Source: Alphaproteobacteria bacterium (lineage in GTDB: Bacteria; Pseudomonadota; Alphaproteobacteria; CALMVH01). Taken from it: DNA of 64,000 nucleotides. The notes under the pieces are model-generated. The model had not been told where the DNA came from, made no database searches, and was given only the letters and a program-made list of their open reading frames with translations. Location of the stretch: the NCBI GenBank assembly GCA_965199335.1, contig CBDAQZ010000001.1, positions 205,432 through 269,431 of the forward strand. The letters are read 5' to 3'. Shown here piece after piece: positions 38,844 through 48,805 of the stretch. Each line of letters starts with the position of its first letter. Positions within the stretch are counted from its first letter, which is position 1. The position numbers were made by a program, and so were the translations under genes.

Positions 38844-39723
38844 GTTGAATACCGCCTGCGCTATTCCGGTCCGTACCGCCCCGCACATCCTGATGTGCAA
38901 GCCGCAGCACTTCCAGGTCACTTACGCAATCAACCCCTGGATGCATCCCGATCAGTGGGCGGAAAACAGCGAGGCGCTGACGCTTGAATCGAGCGAGGGC
39001 TGGGATGCACTGGTCGACAAATTGCGCGAGCTGGGCGCGCGTATCGAATTGGTGCCGCCACAACGTGGTTGGCCCGATCTGGTATTTACCGCCAATGCGG
39101 CGGTCGTGATGGATCGCAAGGCGCTTGTCGCCCGCTTCCGCCACCCCGAACGCCAGGGGGAAGAGCCGCATTACCTTCGCGCCTTCGAAATCCTGCGCGA
39201 GCGCGGCGAACTCGACGTGGTGGAGATGACGCCCGAAGGCGTAATCCTGGAAGGCGCAGGCGATTGCGTATGGGACGAGCGGCGCAGGTTGTTCTGGGTC
39301 GGCTATGGCCAGAGAAGCGACCAGTCCGCGGCGAAAATCGTCGCCTCCTTCTTCGGGCTTGAAGCCGTCGGCCTCGAACTGGTCAACCCGCGCTACTACC
39401 ACATGGATACGGCCATGGTGCCTCTGACCGGTGGCGAGGTGATGTATTATCCCGGCGCCTTCTCCGCGGAAGGGCAGGGAATAATCCGCGAACGCTTCGG
39501 CGCCGACAATCTGATCTCGGTCCCGACGGGCGATGCAGAGCGTCTGGGTGTCAACGCCGTCAATATCGGCCGCAACATCGTGCTGGCGCGTGCCAGCGAC
39601 ACGTTCAAGGGCATGCTGGAGGAGCGGGGGTATACGCTGCACCAGCTGCCGATCGGCAGCTATGCGATGAGCGGCGGCTCCGCTTTCTGCCTTACGCTGC
39701 GGCTGGACCGGGTTTCACGCTGA
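38836..39723 (+). CDS. Amidinotransferase-fold protein (DDAH / arginine amidinohydrolase-like)
   Basis: 295 aa. ILMCKPQHF..INPWM start, YHMDTAM, and a C-terminal GGSAFCLTL containing the catalytic Cys context of the guanidino-modifying superfamily. 8-nt overlap with rocD. Confidence 0.65.
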   Translation: MPELNTACAIPVRTAPHILMCKPQHFQVTYAINPWMHPDQWAENSEALTLESSEGWDALVDKLRELGARIELVPPQRGWPDLVFTANAAVVMDRKALVARFRHPERQGEEPHYLRAFEILRERGELDVVEMTPEGVILEGAGDCVWDERRRLFWVGYGQRSDQSAAKIVASFFGLEAVGLELVNPRYYHMDTAMVPLTGGEVMYYPGAFSAEGQGIIRERFGADNLISVPTGDAERLGVNAVNIGRNIVLARASDTFKGMLEERGYTLHQLPIGSYAMSGGSAFCLTLRLDRVSR

Positions 39724-40120
39724 ACTCGGGCTGAGATACATTCAGAGCAGTAATCGCGGACGTCAGGTCGCCGACGGTACGGATCTGTTTCGGAAACGCC
39801 ATGATCGGTCCTGTGCAGGCAAAGATCAGGGCCGCTGCGGCACAGACGATGGCAAACGGGTTGCAGCCGTGAATGGCATAGCACTGTGCGGGAAAGGCAA
39901 TCAGCGCCAGCGACAGGCCGAACTGCAAGGGATCGATTTTCAACCCTGGAAGGCGCAGGCCCGTTTCGCGTTGCAGGTAGGTTTTCCAGCGATACTGGCT
40001 GAAGTGCGAAATGAATATGCCTAGTTCTGTCCCGGGGACGACGACAGTATGCGACTGCCGTTTTTCAATCGCCTGCTTCAGGTCGGCGAATATCTTTGTG
40101 CTGGCAGGATTTTCGTCCAT
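39692..40120 (-). CDS. Hypothetical membrane-associated protein
   Basis: 142-aa ORF in a locally lower-GC stretch. No family recognised. Convergent 32-nt overlap with the preceding gene. Confidence 0.35.
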   Translation of the reverse strand: MDENPASTKIFADLKQAIEKRQSHTVVVPGTELGIFISHFSQYRWKTYLQRETGLRLPGLKIDPLQFGLSLALIAFPAQCYAIHGCNPFAIVCAAAALIFACTGPIMAFPKQIRTVGDLTSAITALNVSQPEFSVKPGPAAA

Positions 40121-40184
40121 TGACCGATCATATCACGGTCTGGCCGAATCGGGAAGATGAGTGAAATGCTCCGCCACCATCAGG

Positions 40185-41045
40185 CTAATTTTTCTGCATC
40201 CTTGCGGTCTGTTGTCCGGCGATAAAGGAAGTCACATCGTCGACGATTGCCGACGAGCCATGAAAGAGGGGGGAGAACGGCAGCAATATTCCGATATGCC
40301 CGGTTTCGGGATATGTGATCGTGTCGACCCTGCCGCCTTTTTCCTTGAGCTTGCCCGCAAGAGCGCTGGTATTGCGCGGATCGACGACATCGTCGTGATC
40401 GCTGGTCAGCAACAGGATGGGCGGCGTTTGCCGCGATGCGAAGGCAACCGGTTGCGTTTTTGCGACCGGCATCGCGTCCTGGAAGATCGGGGCATAGCTT
40501 GCCCCGGTCTGCGGCAGGAAATCATATAGTCCCGATATGCCGATAACGCCGGCCAGATCTGCCGGTGCCATCCCGGCGTGAGCAAGGTATTCTGGATCGA
40601 GAGCCAGCATCAGCGCGATATATGCACCCGCCGAATGTCCCATCAGAAAAATATGATTCGGATTGCCGCCGTAAGAGGCTGCATTCTGCCTGACCCATGC
40701 CACGGCATCCGCGCCATCGTACAGAAATTCCGGGAACGTGACCTCGGGATAAAGCCGGTAATCGGCGATTACGACCAGGACCCCCTTTGCCGCCAGAGTT
40801 CGTCCGATGAAATCGTAATCCATCTTGTCGCCACTACGCCAAAGTCCGCCGTGGAAAAAGACAATGACCGGCCTGCCTGTCGCGGGTGCGCTCGTGGAAA
40901 AAACGTCGAGTATTCTTTGCTTACCCTCACCGTAGGGCAGATTGCGCCGCAAAGCCGGAATGGAGGATAACGAAGCCGGCTCCTGCTTGCTGCCGCTCGA
41001 TGGCGAGGAGGGGCCGCAGCCACATATGATCAATACGGCGATCAT
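40185..41045 (-). CDS. Alpha/beta hydrolase (esterase/lipase-like) lipoprotein
   Basis: Start MIAVLIICGCG (lipobox). VIVFFHGGLW oxyanion block and GHSAGA nucleophile elbow. Confidence 0.75.
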   Translation of the reverse strand: MIAVLIICGCGPSSPSSGSKQEPASLSSIPALRRNLPYGEGKQRILDVFSTSAPATGRPVIVFFHGGLWRSGDKMDYDFIGRTLAAKGVLVVIADYRLYPEVTFPEFLYDGADAVAWVRQNAASYGGNPNHIFLMGHSAGAYIALMLALDPEYLAHAGMAPADLAGVIGISGLYDFLPQTGASYAPIFQDAMPVAKTQPVAFASRQTPPILLLTSDHDDVVDPRNTSALAGKLKEKGGRVDTITYPETGHIGILLPFSPLFHGSSAIVDDVTSFIAGQQTARMQKN

Positions 41046-41331
41046 GCTTATGCCACGCCATGCCACGCATATCCGAATACACGGGCATATGCGACTTATG
41101 CGTAATCTAATTAATGCCAAGCCCGGATGCCATGAAAGACCGACAACCTGCTTCACACGACCGCGTTATCGCGGGCGCTGAAAATCCGTGTTTTCCGGTA
41201 AGCCGGTATGGTTCGTAAAAAATATAAATGCTCATACGGACCTTAGGAACTTAAAGCGGCAGCATATGCATACAAACCATGCACCTAAGACGCAATAACT
41301 GAACGATTTGTAAAAATGTCCCGAAATGAGC

Positions 41332-43053
41332 CTAGATCGGCTGAGGAGGCGACTGATGAGCCTTGAATATAAGTCTTACCTGCGTTCCGGGCGGTCCAGT
41401 AATCGTCAGATCGCCGTCGATCTGGCGGGCAAATGCTTTCGTAAGCGATAATCCAAGCCCGGCAAAAGGCTTTTCGGCACGAAATATGCCGTCTTCCGCA
41501 GATGAAGTGGCCGACTCGATGCCGACACCGTTATCCTCGACCGAGAAACAGGCAAGGCCGTTGTCCATCGCCTTCAGCATGACATGAATCTGCCCGGGCT
41601 GATTTTCCGGAAATGCATGACGCAAGGCGTTCGAGATCGTTTCGGTCATGAAAAGCGCCAGGGGAATCGCGCGATCCGACACATCCCAGACCGGATCGGC
41701 TTCCACGTTCAGCAATACACGCGCCGGCGAAATCCCATAGGCGAGCTGAAGGCTGCTGCACAGCTCGGTCACGAAGGAACCGATATTGACCGATTGAAGG
41801 TCGTCGCTTTCGTACAGATAGCGATGAACCAGCGCCAGGGCACGCATACGTGTCTGGATTTCGGTGAAGGCTTCCTGCGCCGCCGGTACGGCGACGGATT
41901 TGGATTGCAGGTTGATCAGGCTGATCACGATCTGCAGGTTGTTTTTTACGCGATGGTGGATTTCGCGCAGCATCAGTTCGCGGCGCTGGATTGCTTCCTT
42001 CAACTCGCCTTCGCGGCTCGTGATACGGTCTGCCATATCCGCGAAGGTCGTACTCAACTCCTTCAGCTCGCCGCCAGCCGATTTGGCCACGGGCCGAACC
42101 GTCAGATCCCCGCGGCTATAGGAACGTGCCGTACGGATCAGGGATGTAACGGGGGCCGATACCAGCCTGTGACTCAGGAGCCAGATGGTTGTCAGCACCA
42201 CCAGTAAAAGCGCGATCGGTCCCAATATGCTGACGACGAAATTTCCCGGATCGACGTTCAGGAAGAAACGTCGGGGTATGCCGATCAGCACGGTCAGCGC
42301 CCCGTTTTCCAATGTCATCGCCGTATAGGTGCGCGATACCGAATCCTCATGCAGGACGAAGGGCAGGGGGCTGCTGTTCATCACAGGCAGGCTTGCCAGC
42401 TTGGCACGCAGCAGGTCGGGCATGGCATTAGTGCCGGCGATCATCACATTATTATGATCCAGCAGGTAATAGCGCGATCCGGGCGGCAATGGCATGTCGT
42501 GGAAGGAGGCGGCAAACTGATCGGAATCGATGCTCGCAACTGCCATCCCTGCATAATCGCCGTTTTCATCGGCCCAAGGCATCGCACCCACAAGGATCTG
42601 CTTGTGGGATACCCTGCCGATCAACGACTCGCTCAGCGTAAATTGCATCGACTGCTTGGCATGGATGAAATACTCCCGATCGGCGATATTGAGGCCGTCG
42701 GCGCTGCCTGTGCCGCATATCATAGCGCCGTCACGGTCCACGATCGCTATAGTGGAATAGATTTGAAGCCGTGCCAGAACCTTGTTCAGGGTCCGCGAGC
42801 AGGACGGATTGGCGATTTTATAGTCGTTGCTTTCCACCAGGACGCTTAGCAGCTGCTTCAGGTCGTCCAGGGTCTCTTTCTGGTAGCCCGATGCAATCAG
42901 GGCATAATTCTTGGTCGATTCATTCGCGCGTTCCATCTGATCGCGGTTGGCATTCCAGCTGATCACGATCATGGCTATGACGATCGGCAATAGCGGAATT
43001 GTCAGCGCCAAAGTCAATCTGGAACGTATCGAGTAGAAGAAAGGTTTAATCAT
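41332..43053 (-). CDS. Sensor histidine kinase, HisKA_2 type, with periplasmic Cache-like domain and HAMP
   Basis: Start MIKPFFYSIRSRL. Two TM segments flank an about 250-aa periplasmic region. H-box REIHHRVKNNLQIVISLINLQ. C-terminal ATPase (EDNGVGI, GLGLSL). Confidence 0.8.
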   Translation of the reverse strand: MIKPFFYSIRSRLTLALTIPLLPIVIAMIVISWNANRDQMERANESTKNYALIASGYQKETLDDLKQLLSVLVESNDYKIANPSCSRTLNKVLARLQIYSTIAIVDRDGAMICGTGSADGLNIADREYFIHAKQSMQFTLSESLIGRVSHKQILVGAMPWADENGDYAGMAVASIDSDQFAASFHDMPLPPGSRYYLLDHNNVMIAGTNAMPDLLRAKLASLPVMNSSPLPFVLHEDSVSRTYTAMTLENGALTVLIGIPRRFFLNVDPGNFVVSILGPIALLLVVLTTIWLLSHRLVSAPVTSLIRTARSYSRGDLTVRPVAKSAGGELKELSTTFADMADRITSREGELKEAIQRRELMLREIHHRVKNNLQIVISLINLQSKSVAVPAAQEAFTEIQTRMRALALVHRYLYESDDLQSVNIGSFVTELCSSLQLAYGISPARVLLNVEADPVWDVSDRAIPLALFMTETISNALRHAFPENQPGQIHVMLKAMDNGLACFSVEDNGVGIESATSSAEDGIFRAEKPFAGLGLSLTKAFARQIDGDLTITGPPGTQVRLIFKAHQSPPQPI

Positions 43054-43085
43054 TTGGAAACACTTGTCTATCCGGGAAGCAGAAC

Positions 43086-43520
43086 ATGATTCCATTACGT
43101 AATTTCAATTTCGCTGGTCTGGACCAGACGGTAGGTGGAATTGGTGTAGACGCACATCGCAGCAATGTCTTGCTGATTGAGGACGAGGCCGTGATCGCAC
43201 TCGATATGGCAAACGATCTTGAGAGTTGGGCATACAAGGTCATAGGCATTGCACACTCCATGAAGCAGGCACTGGAGGCGGCCGAAAAATGCCGTCCCGA
43301 ACTTGCGATCGTCGACGTGAAGCTGCGTAGTGAGCATGATGGCGTTGAAATTGCCGAAGTTTTGAAATCCAGGTTTAACACTCAGATTGTTTTCCTAACG
43401 GCTCAAAGCGATCGGTCGACAAGGGAACGGATCATGCGGTTAAATCCAATGGGTTTCTTGTTCAAGCCATACTCTTCGCATATGCTGCGTCAGCTGCTTG
43501 AAACGTACGAAGCGGAATAA
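43086..43520 (+). CDS. Single-domain response regulator (CheY-like receiver)
   Basis: VLLIEDE, AIVDVKL (phospho-Asp), VFLTA and FLFKP motifs. Divergent from the kinase, with 32 nt between the starts. Confidence 0.8.
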   Translation: MIPLRNFNFAGLDQTVGGIGVDAHRSNVLLIEDEAVIALDMANDLESWAYKVIGIAHSMKQALEAAEKCRPELAIVDVKLRSEHDGVEIAEVLKSRFNTQIVFLTAQSDRSTRERIMRLNPMGFLFKPYSSHMLRQLLETYEAE

Positions 43521-43530
43521 AGGCAGCGCC

Positions 43531-43767
43531 TTACTCCCAGACGGGCTTGCCAAGATCGACCTGGCCGGGGGTGGTCGCCGCCCCTCCCACACCGCCGACC
43601 GCACCACCGATCAATGCCCCGGCAAGGGGATTCCCACCCGTTGCCGCGCCTATGACGGCGCCCGAACCGGCGCCGATGCCCGCCCCGCTTGCAGCGCGAT
43701 CGCCCGTAGTCTCGCCGCATCCGGCCAGCACCAAGGGCAAGAGAAACAGATATTTATAATATTTCAT
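43531..43767 (-). CDS. Glycine-zipper lipoprotein (Pcp/SlyB/17-kDa-antigen-like)
   Basis: MKYYKYLFLLPLVLAGCG lipobox followed by GxxxG-rich AGIGAGSGAVIGAATGG...GGAVGGVGG. Confidence 0.7.
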   Translation of the reverse strand: MKYYKYLFLLPLVLAGCGETTGDRAASGAGIGAGSGAVIGAATGGNPLAGALIGGAVGGVGGAATTPGQVDLGKPVWE

Positions 43768-43871
43768 TTGTGTCCTCCCTGCTTTCAAGGCAAAGCATCA
43801 ATCCACAGCAAACGCCTTTGTTAAAGGTATGTTCCTTCAATGATGGATGTTGCGAATCGCATCGATATGGC

Positions 43872-43908
43872 AAAAAAAAGCTTTCCAGAGCGTTAGCTCG
43901 GGAAAGCT
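43872..43908 (-). terminator. Canonical intrinsic terminator on the minus strand with no annotated gene upstream of it
   Basis: Minus-strand RNA reads AGCUUUCC-C-GAGC-UAAC-GCUC-U-GGAAAGCU followed by U7. This is 12 bp in total with one mismatch and a tetraloop. It does not function on the + strand because no U-tract follows there. Confidence 0.7.
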
Positions 43909-43990
43909 CAAGGAAAGGCATAAAGCCTGTAGGACCTGACAGGGATGAGGGATATCAAAACCTGTCACACTAACGAACATAGAAACCCAA
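43872..43990 (-). ncRNA. Candidate small RNA ending at the orphan terminator
   Basis: A second hairpin (7-bp stem 43937-43943 / 43961-43967, 17-nt loop) lies upstream of the terminator in the 239-nt gap between the lipoprotein gene and the DUF1345 gene. The 5' end and promoter are not identified. Confidence 0.3.
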
Positions 43991-44006
43991 CCAAGGTTCC
44001 CATTCG

Positions 44007-44696
44007 ATGATATCTTTTCGTAAAAACCGTCTTCCCCTACTGCTTGGCAACCATTGGCGCTTGTTCGGTGGCCTTGGGGTGGGGATCGTGCTGGCTGTTT
44101 GCCTGCCATCCAGCCTTTCCTGCGTGTTCAGGGCCATTGTCGCCTGGGACAGCGCTGCGATCATCTACCTGGCGCTGATCCTCATGGGGGTTGCCGGCAA
44201 GAACACGGCCGAGGATTTGAAACGAAAAGCGGCCAGGGAAGATCAGAGCCGGTGGATGATCCTGATGCTGATGACGGTTGCCTCCTTCGTCAGCCTGATC
44301 GCGATCGGCACGCTGCTGTCGAACACGAAGGATCTGCCGCCTATGGTCGCGCATCTGCATCTGGCGCTGGGGCTGATCACGGTGGTGTCGTCATGGTCGA
44401 TGATGCACATGATCTTTGCCGTGCACTATGCCCACGAATATTATGGGGATGCCAATGAAAGCCCCGATAATTACGAGGCTTACAGGGGTCTGATATTTCC
44501 GGGCGACAAGGATCCGGTATTTTTCGACTTCATGTATTATTCCTACGTTGTCGGCATGACCTGCCAGGTTTCCGATATTCAGATCAGCAGTACATTGATG
44601 CGCCGCCTGACCCTGGCCCACGGCGTGCTGGCTTTTTTCTTCAACACCGTCGTGCTTGCGCTTACCGTCAATATCGCCGCCGGGCTGGTATCGTGA
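44007..44696 (+). CDS. DUF1345-family membrane protein
   Basis: 229 aa. Blocks IFAVHYAHEYY and FDFMYYSYVVGMTCQVSD are typical of DUF1345. Confidence 0.7.
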   Translation: MISFRKNRLPLLLGNHWRLFGGLGVGIVLAVCLPSSLSCVFRAIVAWDSAAIIYLALILMGVAGKNTAEDLKRKAAREDQSRWMILMLMTVASFVSLIAIGTLLSNTKDLPPMVAHLHLALGLITVVSSWSMMHMIFAVHYAHEYYGDANESPDNYEAYRGLIFPGDKDPVFFDFMYYSYVVGMTCQVSDIQISSTLMRRLTLAHGVLAFFFNTVVLALTVNIAAGLVS

Positions 44697-44773
44697 CGGC
44701 ATGGTCCCGATGGCACTGGCGCATTGCCGTTTTTTGGATTAAATCGGCAGCCAGTAACGCATAGAGGCCACCA

Positions 44774-46258
44774 GTGATACGTCGTCAACGCCGCGCGAAA
44801 ATAGTCGCCACCCTAGGTCCCGCAACTTCCACTCCCGAGATGATCGAAGCCCTGTTCCAGACCGGGGTCGATGTCTTCCGCCTGAATTTCAGCCACGGAA
44901 CTCACGAGGAACAGAAAGAGCGGTTCGACATCATACGCCATGTCGAGGACAAGTTCGACCGCCCCATCGCCATCATGCAGGATCTGCAGGGACCGAAACT
45001 GCGCCTTGGGACCTTTGCCGACGGCCCTGTCACTCTGCTGACCGGACAGCGCATGCGGCTCGATCTCGATCCCACTGCCGGCTCACTGCAGCGCGCCTGC
45101 CTGCCGCATCCGGAAATCTTCCAGGCGATGAGCGTCGGCACCGAACTGCTGGTCGATGACGGCAAGGTGCGCCTCATCGTCGAAAGCCATGGCGCGGATC
45201 ATGCCGAGGTTCTGGCGCTGGTCGGCGGTGTGCTGTCGAACCGCAAGGGCGTCAACGTCCCCAACGCCGTGCTGCCCATTGCCGCCCTGACCGAAAAGGA
45301 TCACCGCGACCTGCGCTTCGGCCTGGAAATCGGCGTCGACTGGATCGCCCTGTCCTTCGTGCAGCGTCCCGAGGACGTGATCGAAGCGCGGGGGATCATC
45401 GGCAATCGCGCCGGTATCCTGTCCAAGCTCGAAAAGCCCTCCGCCATCGATTTCCTCGACGAGATCGTCGAGCAGTCGGACGCCATCATGGTGGCGCGCG
45501 GCGATCTGGGCGTCGAAATGCCGCCCGAGGAAGTGCCACTGCTGCAGCGCAAGATCATCCGCGCCTCCCGCCGTGCCGGCAAGCCGGTGGTGGTCGCGAC
45601 GCAGATGCTGGAAAGCATGATCAAGGCGCCGACGCCGACCCGCGCCGAGGCGTCGGACGTGGCGACGGCGGTTTACGAGGGCGCGGATGCGGTGATGCTG
45701 TCGGCGGAAACCGCAGCCGGCGACTATCCGCTGGAAGCCGTCACGATCATGAGCCGGATCATCAGCAAGGTGGAAGGCGATTCCCAGTATCGCACGCTGA
45801 TGGAAGCCAACCAGGTTGCGCCCGAAGGCACCATATCGGACGCGATCAGCGCCGCCGCCCGCCAGGTGGCGCGTACGGTGAAGGCGCGTGCGATCGTGAC
45901 TTATACCAGCCGTGGCGCAACCACCTTGCGCGCAGCGCGCGAGCGGCCCGAAGCGCCGATCCTGTGCCTGACATCGACCAAGCAGATCGCGCGCCGCACC
46001 TGCATCATCTGGGGCGTGCATTCCTGCATGACCAAGGACATCACCAATTTCTCGGAAATGGTCGGCAAGGCCGTACGTTTTTCCTACCGCGAAGGCTTCG
46101 GCCATATCGGCGAGCACATCGTGATCACCGCCGGCGTACCTTTCGGCCAGCCGGGCGCGACCAACGTGCTGCGTATCGCGGAAATCACGGAAGACCTGGC
46201 GCGCGGCGTCAACGGTGCGGAACTGGAAAACGGCAGGATGGAACCGGTTACGGCGTGA
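44774..46258 (+). CDS. pyk: Pyruvate kinase
   Basis: KIVATLGP, FRLNFSHG, MVARGDLGVEMP, ATQMLESM and MLSAETA motifs. GTG start. Confidence 0.95.
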   Translation: MIRRQRRAKIVATLGPATSTPEMIEALFQTGVDVFRLNFSHGTHEEQKERFDIIRHVEDKFDRPIAIMQDLQGPKLRLGTFADGPVTLLTGQRMRLDLDPTAGSLQRACLPHPEIFQAMSVGTELLVDDGKVRLIVESHGADHAEVLALVGGVLSNRKGVNVPNAVLPIAALTEKDHRDLRFGLEIGVDWIALSFVQRPEDVIEARGIIGNRAGILSKLEKPSAIDFLDEIVEQSDAIMVARGDLGVEMPPEEVPLLQRKIIRASRRAGKPVVVATQMLESMIKAPTPTRAEASDVATAVYEGADAVMLSAETAAGDYPLEAVTIMSRIISKVEGDSQYRTLMEANQVAPEGTISDAISAAARQVARTVKARAIVTYTSRGATTLRAARERPEAPILCLTSTKQIARRTCIIWGVHSCMTKDITNFSEMVGKAVRFSYREGFGHIGEHIVITAGVPFGQPGATNVLRIAEITEDLARGVNGAELENGRMEPVTA

Positions 46259-46265
46259 TGGCCGG

Positions 46266-46853
46266 TTAGCGCTTGTACGTGCGCAGGTGACTTACCGTGC
46301 CCATCGGCTTGGCAGAAGCGTTCGGGGCAGGCGGCAGTTCCTTCTTGAACAATGTCAGCAGCGTACCGTCCAGGTCGCGTCGACCGGCGCCGTAATGAAC
46401 GTAGCCGTTGCGCAGGAAGCCCTTTTCCGAAGGTGTGTTGCCATCGGCGACACGGCTGTTCAGCGTCGTCAGCCCAGCTTCAGCCGCTCTTTTCTCCACA
46501 GCCTGCAGGACCTGATCCATCAGGCGCTGTTCGCGGTGCAGCGGATGAACGAATACGGATTGTATCAAGCCCGAATTGGGGCCGGCGGCAGGCTCGAGGA
46601 CGTTCGGTACGCCGACCAGCGCCATGGCCGCCAGCTCCCCGCGCGGCGTGACCATGCCGATTGCCAGATGCGGCCGGTCGGTAAAGCTTTCCAGGCGCGC
46701 CAGCGTCTTGGGAATGATGAAATGCCCGTATGGCTCACCCAGCTCGAGCTGAATCGACTTCTGCAGCGCGAACATCGCTGGCGCATCGGCACGTTTCAGT
46801 TCCCGAGCGATGTAGTCGGGGCGCAGGGAGGGAAGGGAAGCTTGAAAGGTCAT
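46266..46853 (-). CDS. GNAT-family N-acetyltransferase
   Basis: 195 aa. VFVHPLHREQRLMDQVLQAVEKRAAEAG (acetyl-CoA binding Q/RxxGxG/A-like region). Confidence 0.65.
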   Translation of the reverse strand: MTFQASLPSLRPDYIARELKRADAPAMFALQKSIQLELGEPYGHFIIPKTLARLESFTDRPHLAIGMVTPRGELAAMALVGVPNVLEPAAGPNSGLIQSVFVHPLHREQRLMDQVLQAVEKRAAEAGLTTLNSRVADGNTPSEKGFLRNGYVHYGAGRRDLDGTLLTLFKKELPPAPNASAKPMGTVSHLRTYKR

Positions 46854-47011
46854 GAAATGAAACCGGCTTGGAAATAGACACTGCCCGATAAACTCAGGCG
46901 CTTACCGCATGCCTCCCTGTAGGAAGCACCGACTATCGTCGCGGTCGTCTGGAAGCCGGAAAATTACTCATGGAAAACCGATAGCTGAAATCACCCCGGA
47001 CGTCAAGAATT

Positions 47012-47833
47012 TTAACTTTGAACGTCAGCCCGCGGCAGTACTTCACGCTGGATTTCGTACAGCATCAGCGATGTGGCGATGCCCAGGTTGAGCGAGTCGG
47101 CGCTGCCGGTCATGGGGATCCTGACCAGCCCCGTACAAGCTTTTGCCAGGGCGTCGCTAAGACCCGGCCCCTCGCTGCCCATGACCAGCATCGTTCCAGG
47201 TTGATAAGGCCGCCTGTAGTCCTGGTGTCCGGAAAGATGCGTGCCGATAATCTCGCTCCGCCAACCGCCGGCCAGATCCAGGAAGCCCGAAACGTCGGTA
47301 CGGGCCAGCTTCATGCCGAAGACCGATCCCATGCTGGAACGGACGGCTTCCCGCGAATAGGGGTCGCAGCAATCGCCGATCAGCACGATACCGCCGGCGC
47401 CCGTGGCGTCGGCGGTACGGATGATCGTACCCAGATTGCCGGGATCGCGGACTTCCTCAAGCGCAATCCATGGCGCGGCGTCCGCAAAAGGGATGTCGCA
47501 CATATCGAGCCAGCGCTGCCGGAAGACAGCGATGATCTTCTGCGGGTTGTCGCGGGTCGACAGCTTGCCCAGGACATCCGTGGACGCTTCGATGCATTCC
47601 GCGCCCGACTGCGAGGCCCACGCGATCAGGTCTTGCAGAAAGGGCGACCTCGCTTCGCTGGCTTCATAGACAAGGGTGACGGGCTGCCATTCCAGTTCGC
47701 GCGCGGTGGCGACAACCTTGATCCCTTCGCCGACGAACAGGCCGGTTTCCTTGCGCGCCTTGCGAAGCTCCAGCGCCCGCACGAACTTGACGGTGGCATT
47801 CTGCAGGCTGGTGACGATGCGCGGATCGTTCAT
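47012..47833 (-). CDS. TrmH/SpoU-family RNA 2'-O-methyltransferase
   Basis: 273 aa. LEEVRDPGNLGTIIRTADA, MGSEGPGLS and SLNLGIATS motifs. Confidence 0.8.
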   Translation of the reverse strand: MNDPRIVTSLQNATVKFVRALELRKARKETGLFVGEGIKVVATARELEWQPVTLVYEASEARSPFLQDLIAWASQSGAECIEASTDVLGKLSTRDNPQKIIAVFRQRWLDMCDIPFADAAPWIALEEVRDPGNLGTIIRTADATGAGGIVLIGDCCDPYSREAVRSSMGSVFGMKLARTDVSGFLDLAGGWRSEIIGTHLSGHQDYRRPYQPGTMLVMGSEGPGLSDALAKACTGLVRIPMTGSADSLNLGIATSLMLYEIQREVLPRADVQS

Positions 47834-48765
47834 CGTGCGCCGCCGCGCCAGCGTGAATAGAGCGATGTCGAAAGCAGGCGGCCCGCGCTCTGTTCGCGCA
47901 GGGCAAGCTCGCCGCTTTCCAGGGTGCCGGTGTCGAAAGTCTCGCGCATCAATGCGTCGATTGTCAGGAAGGAGGCACGAATCGCATAGGTCGTCAGGAT
48001 CAGGAAGCTGGCCCCAGGGGCGAGCAGGGGACGGCAGGTGCGCAGCAGATCTGGCAGGTCGGTGAACAGATCCCAGACCTCGCCCTCCGGGCCACGGCCG
48101 AATTTAGGCGGGTCGACCAGTATGCCGTGATAAGTCTTGCCGCGCCGCACTTCGCGCGCTGCGAATTTGCGCGCGTCGTCCACGATCCAGCGGATCGGCG
48201 AATCCGTCAGGCCGGACAATTCCTGGTTCTCCTTCGCCCACTCGATGGACTTTTTGGACGCATCGACATGAGTGACTTCGGCGCCATTGGCGGCCGCAAC
48301 CAGTGAGGCGACACCCGTATAGCCGAAAAGATTCAGCAGGCGGGGTATCTCGCCTTCTGCCTTCAGTGCCTGCAGAGTGCCGGCCATCCATTCCCAATGC
48401 GCCATTTGTTCCGGGAAAATGCCCAGATGCCGAAAGGCGCTGAAGCGGCACAAGGCCTTTACGTTCAGAACCGTCACCGGCCAGCCATCGGGTGCGCCGC
48501 CTTCTATCCGCCATTTACCCTGTTCGCCCTCGTCGGTGGCGGCGAAGACGCCATCGGCCTGCTTCCATCGCTCGGTGGGCAGGGTCTGCGGCCAGATGGC
48601 CTGTGCCTCGGGGCGATCGACTACGATGTCGCCGAACCTCTCCAGCTTCCGCCCGCAGCCACTGTCCATCAAGGCATAGCCATGAAATGGATCGACAATT
48701 GAAATAGTGGCCGAGACTGCGTTCGGGGATGATGGAGAGAGCTGCACGGGGATTTCTGACGTCAT
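47830..48765 (-). CDS. Class I SAM-dependent RNA methyltransferase (RlmI/RlmK-like)
   Basis: 311 aa. LNLFGYTGVASL (SAM motif I) and ILVDPPKFGRG motifs. 4-nt overlap with the trmH-like gene. Confidence 0.7.
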   Translation of the reverse strand: MTSEIPVQLSPSSPNAVSATISIVDPFHGYALMDSGCGRKLERFGDIVVDRPEAQAIWPQTLPTERWKQADGVFAATDEGEQGKWRIEGGAPDGWPVTVLNVKALCRFSAFRHLGIFPEQMAHWEWMAGTLQALKAEGEIPRLLNLFGYTGVASLVAAANGAEVTHVDASKKSIEWAKENQELSGLTDSPIRWIVDDARKFAAREVRRGKTYHGILVDPPKFGRGPEGEVWDLFTDLPDLLRTCRPLLAPGASFLILTTYAIRASFLTIDALMRETFDTGTLESGELALREQSAGRLLSTSLYSRWRGGAR

Positions 48766-48805
48766 CAGTCAGCCGTAGCGGCAAGTTGCCTGGAAATTAA
48801 GTGTT

